This document shows positions 56,118 to 64,000 of a DNA stretch of 64,000 nt, one piece after another. A program made the translations under genes and the position numbers. The stretch's first letter is position 1, and every line of letters starts with the position of its first letter. Origin of the DNA: an uncultured Phycisphaeraceae bacterium (GTDB taxonomy: Bacteria; Planctomycetota; Phycisphaerae; Phycisphaerales; UBA1924). The notes under the pieces were generated by a model. It made no database searches. It was not told where the DNA came from and saw nothing but the letters and a program-made list of their open reading frames with translations. The stretch spans positions 812 through 64,811 of the forward strand of contig CAZPPX010000022.1 of NCBI GenBank assembly GCA_964588585.1, read 5' to 3'.

Positions 56118-57455
56118 TCACTCAAACGCCCGCACCACCAGCGCATCGTTCTGCCCGCCGAACCCGTAGTTCGGGCTCAGGCACACCCGTACCCGCGAGC
56201 GTCCCTGTTCATCCAGGTACGACCGCGACTTGCCCGGCACATAGTCCAGGTCCAGGTTCGCGTCCGGCACCGCGTAGTTCATCGTCCCCGGCACCCAGCC
56301 CGTGCGGATCGCCTGCACGCAGGTGATCAGTTCCACCACGCCCGCCGCGGCGATCAGGTGCCCCATCATGCTCTTGATCGATGACACCGGAATCTGCGGC
56401 GCGAGCGTGCCGAAGACCTGCTTGATCGCGTGCGTCTCGATCTTGTCGTTTTCCTTGGTGCCCGTGCCGTGGGCGCAGATGTAGTGGATCGGCGGCCGCC
56501 CGTCCGGCCCGGGCTCGCGGGGGTTGATCCCCGCCTGCTTGAGCGCGCTCACGATCGCCGACTGCGGGCCCTTGCCCTCGGGGTGCATGTCGGTGATGCG
56601 GAAGGCGTCGGCCGATGAGCCGTAGCCGGTGATCTCGGCCAGGGGCGCCGCGCCGCGGGCCTTGGCGTGGTCGAGCGTTTCCAGCACGAGCATGCCCGCG
56701 CCCTCGCCCATGACAAACCCGTCGCGGGTCTGGTCGAACGGGCGCGACGCGTGCACCGGGTCGTCGCGGCGTGATGAGAGTGCCGTCAGGCGAATGAAAC
56801 CCGTCACGCCCAGCGGATGGATCATGGTGTGGGCACCGCCCGCGAGCATCGCGTCGGCGTCGCCTCGGCGCAGCATCTCGAAAGCCTCGCCGATGGCCTG
56901 CGTACTCGCGGCACACGCCGTCAGGCAGTTCACCGCCGGCCCCCGTGCCCCGAACGCCCAGGCCACATGGCTGAGCGTCATGTTGGGCTCCTGCTCGATC
57001 TCGCGCGTCGGGCTCAGCGTCGCCATGCCCGCGGCGGCCCATGCCGGGTCGTGAATCGCCCGCTTCTCGTCGCTCCAGCCGGAGATGTGCGCCCGGGCGT
57101 AGTTGTCAAAGTCGAGCGTTCCCTCGCCCGAGCCCAGATACACGCCGAAGCGCCGCCGGTTGAGCCCGCTGTGGTTGGCCAGACCGGCCTGGCGCACAGC
57201 CTGGGCCGCCGCGCCCAGCGCAAAGCGCGTGTTGAGCCCCGCGTCGGTGTGGGCCGCGGCTTCGGGCAGGTCGCGGGCGAGGTCGTAGTTCTTCACCTCG
57301 GCGGCAAAGTCGGTCTTGAAAGTAGACGCGTCGAAGCGCGTGATCTTGCCCATCCCCGCGCGGCCATCGACCAGCGCCGACCAGGCAGTGGGCACATCAT
57401 GCCCGAGGGGCGTCACCCAACCCATGCCCGTGATCACGACGCGTGGCGCTGTCAT
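56118..57455 (-). CDS. fabF: Beta-ketoacyl-ACP synthase (KAS II-like, with insertions)
   Basis: VVITGMGWVTPLG, CLTACAASTQAIG (active-site Cys), ICAHGTGT and SMMGHLIAAAG (the two His), GFGGQNDALV. Confidence 0.8.
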   Translation of the reverse strand: MTAPRVVITGMGWVTPLGHDVPTAWSALVDGRAGMGKITRFDASTFKTDFAAEVKNYDLARDLPEAAAHTDAGLNTRFALGAAAQAVRQAGLANHSGLNRRRFGVYLGSGEGTLDFDNYARAHISGWSDEKRAIHDPAWAAAGMATLSPTREIEQEPNMTLSHVAWAFGARGPAVNCLTACAASTQAIGEAFEMLRRGDADAMLAGGAHTMIHPLGVTGFIRLTALSSRRDDPVHASRPFDQTRDGFVMGEGAGMLVLETLDHAKARGAAPLAEITGYGSSADAFRITDMHPEGKGPQSAIVSALKQAGINPREPGPDGRPPIHYICAHGTGTKENDKIETHAIKQVFGTLAPQIPVSSIKSMMGHLIAAAGVVELITCVQAIRTGWVPGTMNYAVPDANLDLDYVPGKSRSYLDEQGRSRVRVCLSPNYGFGGQNDALVVRAFE

Positions 57456-57726
57456 ACGGCGGAAGAGTAGGGGGGAAGAACCCGCGCGTCGGTGGTGCGC
57501 CGCGCGGCGTAGTCGCCGTGCCTACGGGGATTGCTGGAACGAATCGGCGCGGAGTGCAGACGAGTTTCGCGCTTCGCGGTAAACGCCATTACAGCCCAAT
57601 ACAGCCACCCTCCGCGGCAACCTCCGAGACCCCCCCGGGCACATCGTCCGGACGCGGTATACGCGAACGGAAGGTTCTGCGCGCAATCTGCTTGCACTAC
57701 ATGAAGAAATGGCCCAAATGCCAGAT

Positions 57727-58071
57727 CTACGGAACCTGCTCGATGGGTGCGCGTCCCCGTCCCAGGTGCTGCTTGGCGCGCAGCGTGAACCACGCGCCGA
57801 GCACCAGAATCATCAGGATCCCCACGCCGATCGCGACCCGTCGTGCCCGCCGACGCCACGGGGGATCGTCGGCTGCGGCCGCTTCGGGCACCCACCGGAG
57901 GAGCACCGACTCGATCGGGCGTGATGCCGGGTCGGCTTCGTCGATGGACTCGACGTGCATTCCGCGTTGTCGAACGAGCACACCGGCTTCCGTCCATGTG
58001 GGCGCATCGACCCACCATTCCCGGGTCTGGTTGTGGTAGACATCGCGGCCTGTGCAACGAAACGTCGGCAT
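57727..58071 (-). CDS. Small protein with a C-terminal TM segment, unknown function
   Basis: Internal Met of ORF 57727..58200: MPTFRCTGRDVYHNQTREWWVDAPTW...VAIGVGILMILVLGAWF. Confidence 0.4.
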   Translation of the reverse strand: MPTFRCTGRDVYHNQTREWWVDAPTWTEAGVLVRQRGMHVESIDEADPASRPIESVLLRWVPEAAAADDPPWRRRARRVAIGVGILMILVLGAWFTLRAKQHLGRGRAPIEQVP

Positions 58072-58091
58072 GTCTTCCCACAACCCTTGGC

Positions 58092-58505
58092 TTACGCGCG
58101 CTTGGCCCGCAGGAGCGACTTGAGTCGCTCCACGAGCGTGAACTGATCGATATCGCGCAACTCGCCCGCGTCGAGGAGCATCCCGTGGCAGGTCGGGCAC
58201 TCATCGATGATGACGTGCGATTGCTCGGGGTGGCGTTTGGGCGCGAGGGGCGTCAGGTCGCGCGGGCAGACGACCTCGCCCAGCGACTGCCCGCGTGCTT
58301 CGGGGCCGGAGCGGCCAATATCGGCCTCGAGCACCGACTTCGTGCAGGCGAGAAGGCGGGCGAGTTCGCCCGGATCGAGCCAGATTGCGCCGCAGCCGGC
58401 GCAGCGGTCGAGCGTGACGCCAGCGATGCTGGTGCGTTCCATGATCTGCGCGTCGCGGGGGCAGCGGAGGCGAGAGTCAGGTGGCGGTGGGTTTGGGGGG
58501 CACAT
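58092..58505 (-). CDS. Protein with two zf-TFIIB-type zinc-ribbon modules
   Basis: CPRD...LDRCAGCGAIWLDPGEL and CPRD...IDECPTCHGMLLDAGEL. Confidence 0.7.
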   Translation of the reverse strand: MCPPNPPPPDSRLRCPRDAQIMERTSIAGVTLDRCAGCGAIWLDPGELARLLACTKSVLEADIGRSGPEARGQSLGEVVCPRDLTPLAPKRHPEQSHVIIDECPTCHGMLLDAGELRDIDQFTLVERLKSLLRAKRA

Positions 58506-58540
58506 GAGGAAATCAGTGTACGACGATGCGGCGCGCACCA

Positions 58541-58608
58541 GCCTCCCCCGCTCCCAACCAGGGGAGGTGTCGTTGGGGGGGCGAGGCTCGGCGAGTGACG
58601 GAGGGGGG
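58541..58608 (-). repeat. GC-rich palindromic element, family 1 (divergent copy)
   Basis: GCCTCCCCCGCTCCCAACCAGGGGAGGTG...GGCGAGGCTCGGCGAG...CGGAGGGGGG. Inverted relative to the neighbouring copy. Confidence 0.65.
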
Positions 58609-58651
58609 CCGTGGAGGCCGATGCGTTGTGGAAATTGAGCCGCAACGAGAA

Positions 58652-58710
58652 CCCCTCCGCCTCGCTGCGCTCGGCACCTCCCCCGCTGGTGGGAGCGGGG
58701 GAGGGTGGTG
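58652..58710 (+). repeat. GC-rich palindromic element, family 1
   Basis: CCCCTCCGCCTCGCTGCGCTCGGCACCTCCCCCGCT-GGTGG-GAGCGGGGGAGGGTGGTG. An 11-13 bp stem. Confidence 0.75.
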
Positions 58711-58721
58711 TGGGTGCACGA

Positions 58722-59987
58722 CTAGTTCGGCCACTTGGGTGAACCGACGACCTCGCTCACCCACATCTGGCTGCTGGGGCGGGCTTCGTCGTCGCGCTTT
58801 GGGCCGCGCTGGCTGGTCCAGATGAGGAGGCGGCCGTCGCGGGAGAAGGCGGGCAAGCCGTCGAAGCCCGGGGCGTGGGTGATACGTGCCTTGCGTGGCG
58901 GCGTGCTCGTGCTGGACGGCTTCGACGGGTCGAGTTCGACCGCGAAGACCTCGTAGTTCTGGTGGCCGACCTCGCTGGTGGCATAGAGCAGGTACTTGCC
59001 CGAGGGGTGGAAGAAGGGGCACCAACTCACGGCCTGGTCCTTCTCGGCCTGGCCGGGTGCGGGGAAGGTCAGTTGAATCTCGCGCTGTATGCCGATGATG
59101 GCGTCGGTGTCGCCGTCGTCGCCTCGTGCCAGTTCGGCCACGAAGAGTTGCAGGATGTTGTTGCCCAGCCGATCGGAGCGGTAACAGATCCACTGGCCGT
59201 CGGGGGAAAAGAACGGCCCGCCGTCGTAGCCCTTGGCCGTGACGATGGGGGTATGGCGATCGCGCTTGGAGTCATACACCCACAGGTTTGGGTCGCTGGT
59301 GGTCGGGTCGACGTGGGTGTAGAGCAGGAAGCGGCCATCGGGCGAGACCGAACACTCGGCGTCGTAGCCCGGGCGCTCGAAGAGCGCGTGCGGCCCGCAC
59401 AGGCCGCCCATCTTCGTGGCGGCGGCACGGGCTGATTCATCGGCGCGGGGGTCATCGGCGAGCATGGCGCGCACGCCCACGGAGACGACTTGCATCTCGG
59501 GTGGAAACTGCCACGCGTAGCGCTGGCGATCGCGCGAGTAGCCGGGCGCATCGGTCGCGACCGGCGGCACGAGGGTGGAGCCGAAGATCACGCTGCCGAC
59601 CTCGGTGGGGTGGAACCAGCCGCAGGTGTTGGCGGAGCCTTCGGGGCTGACGCGGATGGGCGCGTCGATGCCGGTGATGCGGGAGGCGTTGTCGTAGCGC
59701 AGTCTGGCGACGAACATCGAGTAGTGCGGGGAAGGCTCCGCGGGTTTCGTGCCATCGGGCGGTGGCGCGGGGCGCTCGATAGCCTGGAAGACGACCCAGC
59801 GGGGCGGCGTGTGGTGATCGAAATACTGCTCGCCGGCGCGCGTGAAACGGTCGGGGAAGGTCAGTTGCACGGGTCGCGAGATAAACGGGGCTTCGGCGGC
59901 CTTCCAATCGGTCGAGGGAGCACCGGCGGGCTGGGCGAAGACGGCGGCGTGGAGGGTCAGCGTCAGGGCGAGCGAGATCATGGGCAA
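58722..59987 (-). CDS. Secreted TolB-like (PD40/WD40-like beta-propeller) protein
   Basis: Repeated PD40-like motifs: SPDGRFLLYTH, FFSPDGQWICYRSDR, FFHPSGKYLLYATSE, AFSRDGRLLIWTSQR. Confidence 0.8.
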   Translation of the reverse strand: MPMISLALTLTLHAAVFAQPAGAPSTDWKAAEAPFISRPVQLTFPDRFTRAGEQYFDHHTPPRWVVFQAIERPAPPPDGTKPAEPSPHYSMFVARLRYDNASRITGIDAPIRVSPEGSANTCGWFHPTEVGSVIFGSTLVPPVATDAPGYSRDRQRYAWQFPPEMQVVSVGVRAMLADDPRADESARAAATKMGGLCGPHALFERPGYDAECSVSPDGRFLLYTHVDPTTSDPNLWVYDSKRDRHTPIVTAKGYDGGPFFSPDGQWICYRSDRLGNNILQLFVAELARGDDGDTDAIIGIQREIQLTFPAPGQAEKDQAVSWCPFFHPSGKYLLYATSEVGHQNYEVFAVELDPSKPSSTSTPPRKARITHAPGFDGLPAFSRDGRLLIWTSQRGPKRDDEARPSSQMWVSEVVGSPKWPN

Positions 59988-60065
59988 GGTTAGCGACGGT
60001 CGCTGGGTCTCGCGGCGAAAACAGGCGGGACGCCTGTGCCACCAGGCAATAGGCCATACGGCGGC

Positions 60066-60593
60066 TCACGGCCCCGGTGCTGAAGGCACGTCGTCGTTGG
60101 TGCCGGGGTTGCCGTCCGGGCCGTTGCAGATGAACCGGAAGGACTGGCGATCGGTGGAGACGACGTAGCGATAGGCGTTGCCCCACGGATCGATCAGGGG
60201 CAGTTTGGCTTCGGCCGCAATGAGCACGTCGATCGATGCGGGCAACTCGCCTATCGCGCGCAACGTGCCGGCGACAGCCGTGCGGAGTTCTTCGAGATCG
60301 GCGCGGGCTTTGTCGAGCAGAGGTGAGGGCGGCGGTGGTGCGGGTGGCGCGGGCGCGGCGGGCTTGAGGTTGGCGGGCGTGATGGTTCCGGCGGGGGGCG
60401 GTGCCGGGGCGGGTGCTGGAGTTGGTGTGGCTGCGCCCGAGAGCCCGAACGCGCGGGCCATGCGGGCCGGGCCGTAGTAGAGGGTGGCGGCGACGATCAC
60501 GACGATGGGGACGATGATGATGATCGCCGCGATATGGGTGAGGTTGATGGTGGGGGCGGATTGGGGGCGTTGGGATTGAGGTGAGTGTTTCAC
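60066..60593 (-). CDS. Membrane-anchored protein with a GspG (type II secretion pseudopilin)-like C-terminal domain
   Basis: In-frame GTG at 60593. TM segment IAAIIIIVPIVVIVAATLYY, Pro/Ala linker, then DPWGNAYRYVV...FRFICNGPDGNPGTNDDV. No canonical prepilin GFTLIE motif. Confidence 0.55.
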   Translation of the reverse strand: MKHSPQSQRPQSAPTINLTHIAAIIIIVPIVVIVAATLYYGPARMARAFGLSGAATPTPAPAPAPPPAGTITPANLKPAAPAPPAPPPPSPLLDKARADLEELRTAVAGTLRAIGELPASIDVLIAAEAKLPLIDPWGNAYRYVVSTDRQSFRFICNGPDGNPGTNDDVPSAPGP

Positions 60594-60648
60594 GAGGAAT
60601 AGACCCCATGTGGCGCGTTGCGGGTGAGCACATGTACGGCTCGAAACG

Positions 60649-60667
60649 CCCGATTCGGTGAATCGGG
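60649..60667 (+). repeat. Fourth copy of the CCCGATTC-NNN-GAATCGGG hairpin/palindrome
   Basis: CCCGATTC-GGT-GAATCGGG, 28 nt upstream of the recQ GTG. Confidence 0.7.
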
Positions 60668-60694
60668 GAAGCCGGGGCATCGTACACTCGGGCC

Positions 60695-63139
60695 GTGGCT
60701 GCGCGATCCCATCTTGTTTCGCCTGTGAAGGTGTCCGTGGACGGCGGCGCGGCCTCGCTCGACGCGCGGGTGCGTGAGGCGGTGCTGAAATACTGGGGCT
60801 TTGACACGCTCCGCCCGTTGCAGCGCGAGGCGATCGCGACGGCCTTGGCGGGGCGCGACTCGCTGACGGTGATGCCCACGGGCGGGGGCAAGTCGCTGTG
60901 CTACCAGGTGCCGCCGCTGGTAACGGGTGCGCTGACGGTGGTGGTGTCGCCGCTGATCGCGCTGATGAAGGACCAGGTGGATGGGTTGCGCGTCGCGGGG
61001 TACCCGGTGGCGGCGATCCACTCGCACCTCGAAGATGCGGAGCGGCGGGAGATCTTCGCCTCGGCGGCAGAGGGCGAGTTGCGTCTGCTGCTGGTGGCAC
61101 CAGAGCGGCTGCTGACGCCGAGTTTCTTGAGTTGGCTGCGGGAGCGGTCGCCCGGCGCGTTTGCGATTGACGAGGCGCACTGCATCAGCCAGTGGGGGCA
61201 CGATTTCCGACCCGAGTATCGGCGGCTGGCGGAGTTGCGGGGGCTCTTTCCGGGCGTGCCGATCAATGCCTACACCGCGACGGCGACGCCACGCGTGCGC
61301 GAGGACATTGTCAATCAGTTGGGCCTGCAGCGTGCGGCGGTAATGATCGGCACGTTTGATCGCCCGAACCTGACGTATCGCGTGCTGCCCCGGGTGGATC
61401 GCACGCGGCAGGTGATCGAGGCGGTGAAGCGGCACGCGGGGGCGGCGGCGATCGTGTACTGCATCTCGCGGCGTGACACCGAGGCGCTGGCGGAAGAACT
61501 GCGCGGCGCGGGGATCGATGCGCGGGCGTATCACGCCGGGATGCAGCCCGGGCCGCGCTCGCGCGTGAGCGAGGATTTTCGGGCCGAGCGCCTTGAAGTG
61601 GTGGTGGCGACGGTGGCCTTCGGCATGGGCATCGATCGAGGTGACGTGCGGCTGGTCGTGCACGCGGCCATGCCCAAGAGCGTGGAGCATTACCAGCAGG
61701 AAACAGGCCGCGCGGGCCGCGACGGGCTTCCGGCCGAGTGTCTGCTGCTCTATTCGGCGTCGGACGCGGCCAAGTGGCGGTCGATCATGGAGCGGTCGGC
61801 GGAAGAGAGCGGAGCCGCGCCGGAGTTTCTGGACGCGCAGATCGCGCTGATGGATCACATGCAGCGTCTGTCGGCCGGGGCGCGGTGCCGGCATCAGGCG
61901 ATCAGCGAGTACTTTGGGCAGACGTATGTGGTGGGGGGTAACGAATCCCCCCCTCCGCCATCGCTTCGCTCGGCACCTCCCCCGCTAGGAGCGGGGGAGG
62001 GTGGTGGGGGTGGCTGCGGGGCGTGCGACTACTGCCTGAAAGAGATGGAAGCGATTCCCGACGCGCACGCGACGGCCCAGAAGATTCTGTCGGCGGTGGC
62101 GCGGTGCGGGCAGACGTTCGGGGCCAGGCACATTGCCGATGTGCTGATGGGAAGCCGCGCGGCGAAGATCGTGCAGCGCGGGCATCACCAACTACCCACG
62201 CACGGGCTGCTCTCGCACCTCTCGGCGTCGCAGGTGATGGGCTACATCGACCAGTTGATCGACGCGGGCGACCTGGAACGCACCACCGACCAGTTTCCGG
62301 TGCTGCGGCTGACGCACACATCGGTGCAGGTGCTGCGGAGCGAGCGGCAAGGTGTGCTGGTGGAAGCGCGGTCGGCGCTGGAGGCGGCGGGTGCTGGGGC
62401 GGTGCGCGGTGGTGGGGGGGGTGGCGGCGGGGTTCGGCGCGACAAGCGTGCGGTCTCAGCGCGGCCATTGACGCCCGAGGAACAGGGTCTGTTCGAAGCG
62501 ATGCGGGCGCTGCGGCGGAGCATCGCCCAGGAGATGGCGGTGCCGCCGTTTGTGATTCTGAGCGATGTGACGCTGGAGGAACTGGCGCGGGTGCGGCCAA
62601 GCAGCCGTGACGTGCTGGCGACGGTGCGAGGGTTTGGCGCGAAGAAACTGGAGGCGTTCGGGCACCGCTTTCTGGCGGTGATCAGCGAGCGTGGGCGGCT
62701 GGCGGGATTGGCGCTGGATGCCGAGGGCGGATCGAAGTCAGGGCGCGCGGTGGTGGGCGATGAGGGTGGTGGGGGTGCAGGAGTGGGGGGGTACTTGAGC
62801 ACGGGTGCCCGCGAGCCGCGCGTGGAGACGATGGACGCCAAGCGGCTGGCGGCGAGTTTGTTCGCGCGAGGAATGCCGGTGGAAGACGTGGCCCCGCAGA
62901 TCGGTCGGAGCGTGAGTACGACCATGGACTACCTCGCGGCGTATGTCGAGTCCGAGCGGCCCGTGAGCATTTTAGCGTGGGTCTCGGCGGGGGAGTATGA
63001 GCGTGTGGCCGGTGCGCTGGCGAGCAGCGAGGATGGGCGTTTGAAGCCGGTGTTCGAGGCGTTGGGGGGCGAGGTGCCGTACAACAAGATCAGGCTGGTG
63101 GCGGGGCACCTGAAGGCGCGGAGTGGGCAAGTAGGGTGA
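60695..63139 (+). CDS. recQ: ATP-dependent DNA helicase RecQ with HRDC and an extra C-terminal HTH-like domain; carries an in-frame repeat insertion
   Basis: LKYWGFDTLRPLQREAI, MPTGGGKSLCYQ, AIDEAHCISQWGHDFRPEY, TATAT, YQQETGRAGRDG, CGACDYC, HRDC (LFEAMRALRRSIAQEMAVPPFVILSD). Confidence 0.95.
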   Translation: MAARSHLVSPVKVSVDGGAASLDARVREAVLKYWGFDTLRPLQREAIATALAGRDSLTVMPTGGGKSLCYQVPPLVTGALTVVVSPLIALMKDQVDGLRVAGYPVAAIHSHLEDAERREIFASAAEGELRLLLVAPERLLTPSFLSWLRERSPGAFAIDEAHCISQWGHDFRPEYRRLAELRGLFPGVPINAYTATATPRVREDIVNQLGLQRAAVMIGTFDRPNLTYRVLPRVDRTRQVIEAVKRHAGAAAIVYCISRRDTEALAEELRGAGIDARAYHAGMQPGPRSRVSEDFRAERLEVVVATVAFGMGIDRGDVRLVVHAAMPKSVEHYQQETGRAGRDGLPAECLLLYSASDAAKWRSIMERSAEESGAAPEFLDAQIALMDHMQRLSAGARCRHQAISEYFGQTYVVGGNESPPPPSLRSAPPPLGAGEGGGGGCGACDYCLKEMEAIPDAHATAQKILSAVARCGQTFGARHIADVLMGSRAAKIVQRGHHQLPTHGLLSHLSASQVMGYIDQLIDAGDLERTTDQFPVLRLTHTSVQVLRSERQGVLVEARSALEAAGAGAVRGGGGGGGGVRRDKRAVSARPLTPEEQGLFEAMRALRRSIAQEMAVPPFVILSDVTLEELARVRPSSRDVLATVRGFGAKKLEAFGHRFLAVISERGRLAGLALDAEGGSKSGRAVVGDEGGGGAGVGGYLSTGAREPRVETMDAKRLAASLFARGMPVEDVAPQIGRSVSTTMDYLAAYVESERPVSILAWVSAGEYERVAGALASSEDGRLKPVFEALGGEVPYNKIRLVAGHLKARSGQVG
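61947..62010 (+). repeat. GC-rich palindromic element, family 1, located inside the recQ coding sequence
   Basis: CCCCCCTCCGCCATCGCTTCGCTCGGCACCTCCCCCGCT-AGG-AGCGGGGGAGGGTGGTGGGGG. Near-identical architecture to 58652..58710. Confidence 0.75.
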
Positions 63140-63227
63140 GCGTGATGACGCGCGCCTCGAGCACGGAGGTCGCCCCAGAGCGGGTGGCCTCAGTGGCACG
63201 AGTGGCACGCGCGCGGTGTTCGCACGC

Positions 63228-64000
63228 CTAACGGCGCTTGGGTGTCCGCTTCGGTTTCGAGGCCTTTGGCTTCGAAGGTGAGTCGCCGTGAGACTTGTTT
63301 CCGTTCGCCGGGGCTTCGCCAGCGTTGGGTGCCCAGGTGTTGGCCGCCGCGGCGGGGTGCTCGAACATCGACGCGGCCTGGATGGCTGGGGCGATGCGGG
63401 TGGGCATGCCGTTGAGTTTCATTTCGCCGCTGAGAAGGCGGGGGAAGTGCTCGCCCTGCCAACTGGCGGGGTACTTCTCGTCGTCGAGTTGTAATGCGGC
63501 CTTGGTGGGGAAGAGGGGCCGGAAGGTGTCGCACATGACGGCGAGTTCGCCGGTGTGAGTGGCACCGAGGGAGGCTTCGATGGTGCCTGGGTGCGGGCCG
63601 TGGGGGATGCCTTGGGGGTGGAGCGTGAGGGAACCGATCTCGATGCCCTTGCGGCTGCCGAAGTTGCCCTCGACGTAGTAGAGGACTTCGTCGGAGTCGA
63701 TGTTGGAGTGGTTGTAGGGTACCTTGATGGCCTGGGGGTGCCAATCGAGCATGCGGGGGCAGAAGGAGCAGATAACGAAGTTGTGGGCCTCGAAGGTCTG
63801 GTGGATGGGCGGGGGCATGTGCAACTTGCCCGTGATGGGGGCGAAGTCGTCGACGCTGAACGCGAAGGGGTAGTAGCAGCCGTCCCAGCCCACGACGTCG
63901 AGGGGGTGGTAATGGAAGTGGTAGGCGTGCATGCAGTCGCGGGCCTTGACGCGGACTTCGTAGCCGCCGCCGGCGTCGTCGTGCTCGTTCCAGGTCATGG
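63228..64000 (-). CDS. hmgA: Homogentisate 1,2-dioxygenase (N-terminus lies beyond the window) with a Lys-rich C-terminal tail
   Basis: GWDGCYYPFAFSVDDFAPITGKLHMPPPIHQTF, ICSFCPRMLDWHP, PYNHSNIDSDEVLYYVEG, LHPQGIPHGPHPG. The tail is SKPKASKPKRTPKRR. Confidence 0.8.
   Translation of the reverse strand, partial: MTWNEHDDAGGGYEVRVKARDCMHAYHFHYHPLDVVGWDGCYYPFAFSVDDFAPITGKLHMPPPIHQTFEAHNFVICSFCPRMLDWHPQAIKVPYNHSNIDSDEVLYYVEGNFGSRKGIEIGSLTLHPQGIPHGPHPGTIEASLGATHTGELAVMCDTFRPLFPTKAALQLDDEKYPASWQGEHFPRLLSGEMKLNGMPTRIAPAIQAASMFEHPAAAANTWAPNAGEAPANGNKSHGDSPSKPKASKPKRTPKRR

Overview
High-GC (roughly 65-70% by eye) chromosomal segment. Gene content looks like Planctomycetota: a DUF1549/DUF1553 + DUF1501 pair, a PEP-CTERM protein, a GspG-like domain protein, a short Hc1-like protein, many periplasmic thiol-redox proteins and a GldA/GldF-GldG/DUF4340 operon. 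I call about 58 protein genes, nearly all housekeeping or envelope functions: hutU, fliD-fliS, H+-PPase, rpsU, rpsT, rplU, mobA, moeA, moaD, a moaE-queE fusion, bcp, fumC-like, priA, pstSCAB, fabD, a fabF-like KAS, a FabZ-like dehydratase, recQ and a partial homogentisate dioxygenase. I saw no rRNA, tRNA, CRISPR array, transposase, integrase or recognisable defence or toxin genes, and no clear novel multi-gene system. The most unusual signals are small-scale. (1) A GC-rich palindromic repeat family is normally intergenic, but one copy sits in frame inside recQ and a 16-nt fragment lies in the moaE-queE linker. (2) MoaE and QueE form one ORF. (3) Three perfect hairpins at exact 36-nt spacing lie at the DUF1553/DUF1501 junction, with compensatory stem changes, and a fourth copy lies upstream of recQ. 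(4) Two tandem membrane/zinc-ribbon paralogs are present, one broken at a G6 homopolymer. (5) A 640-bp low-GC non-coding island carries a perfect TGTGA-N6-TCACA palindrome and a terminator-like hairpin. Many long ORFs in the six-frame track are antisense or alternate-frame artefacts of high GC. Start codons are often uncertain.
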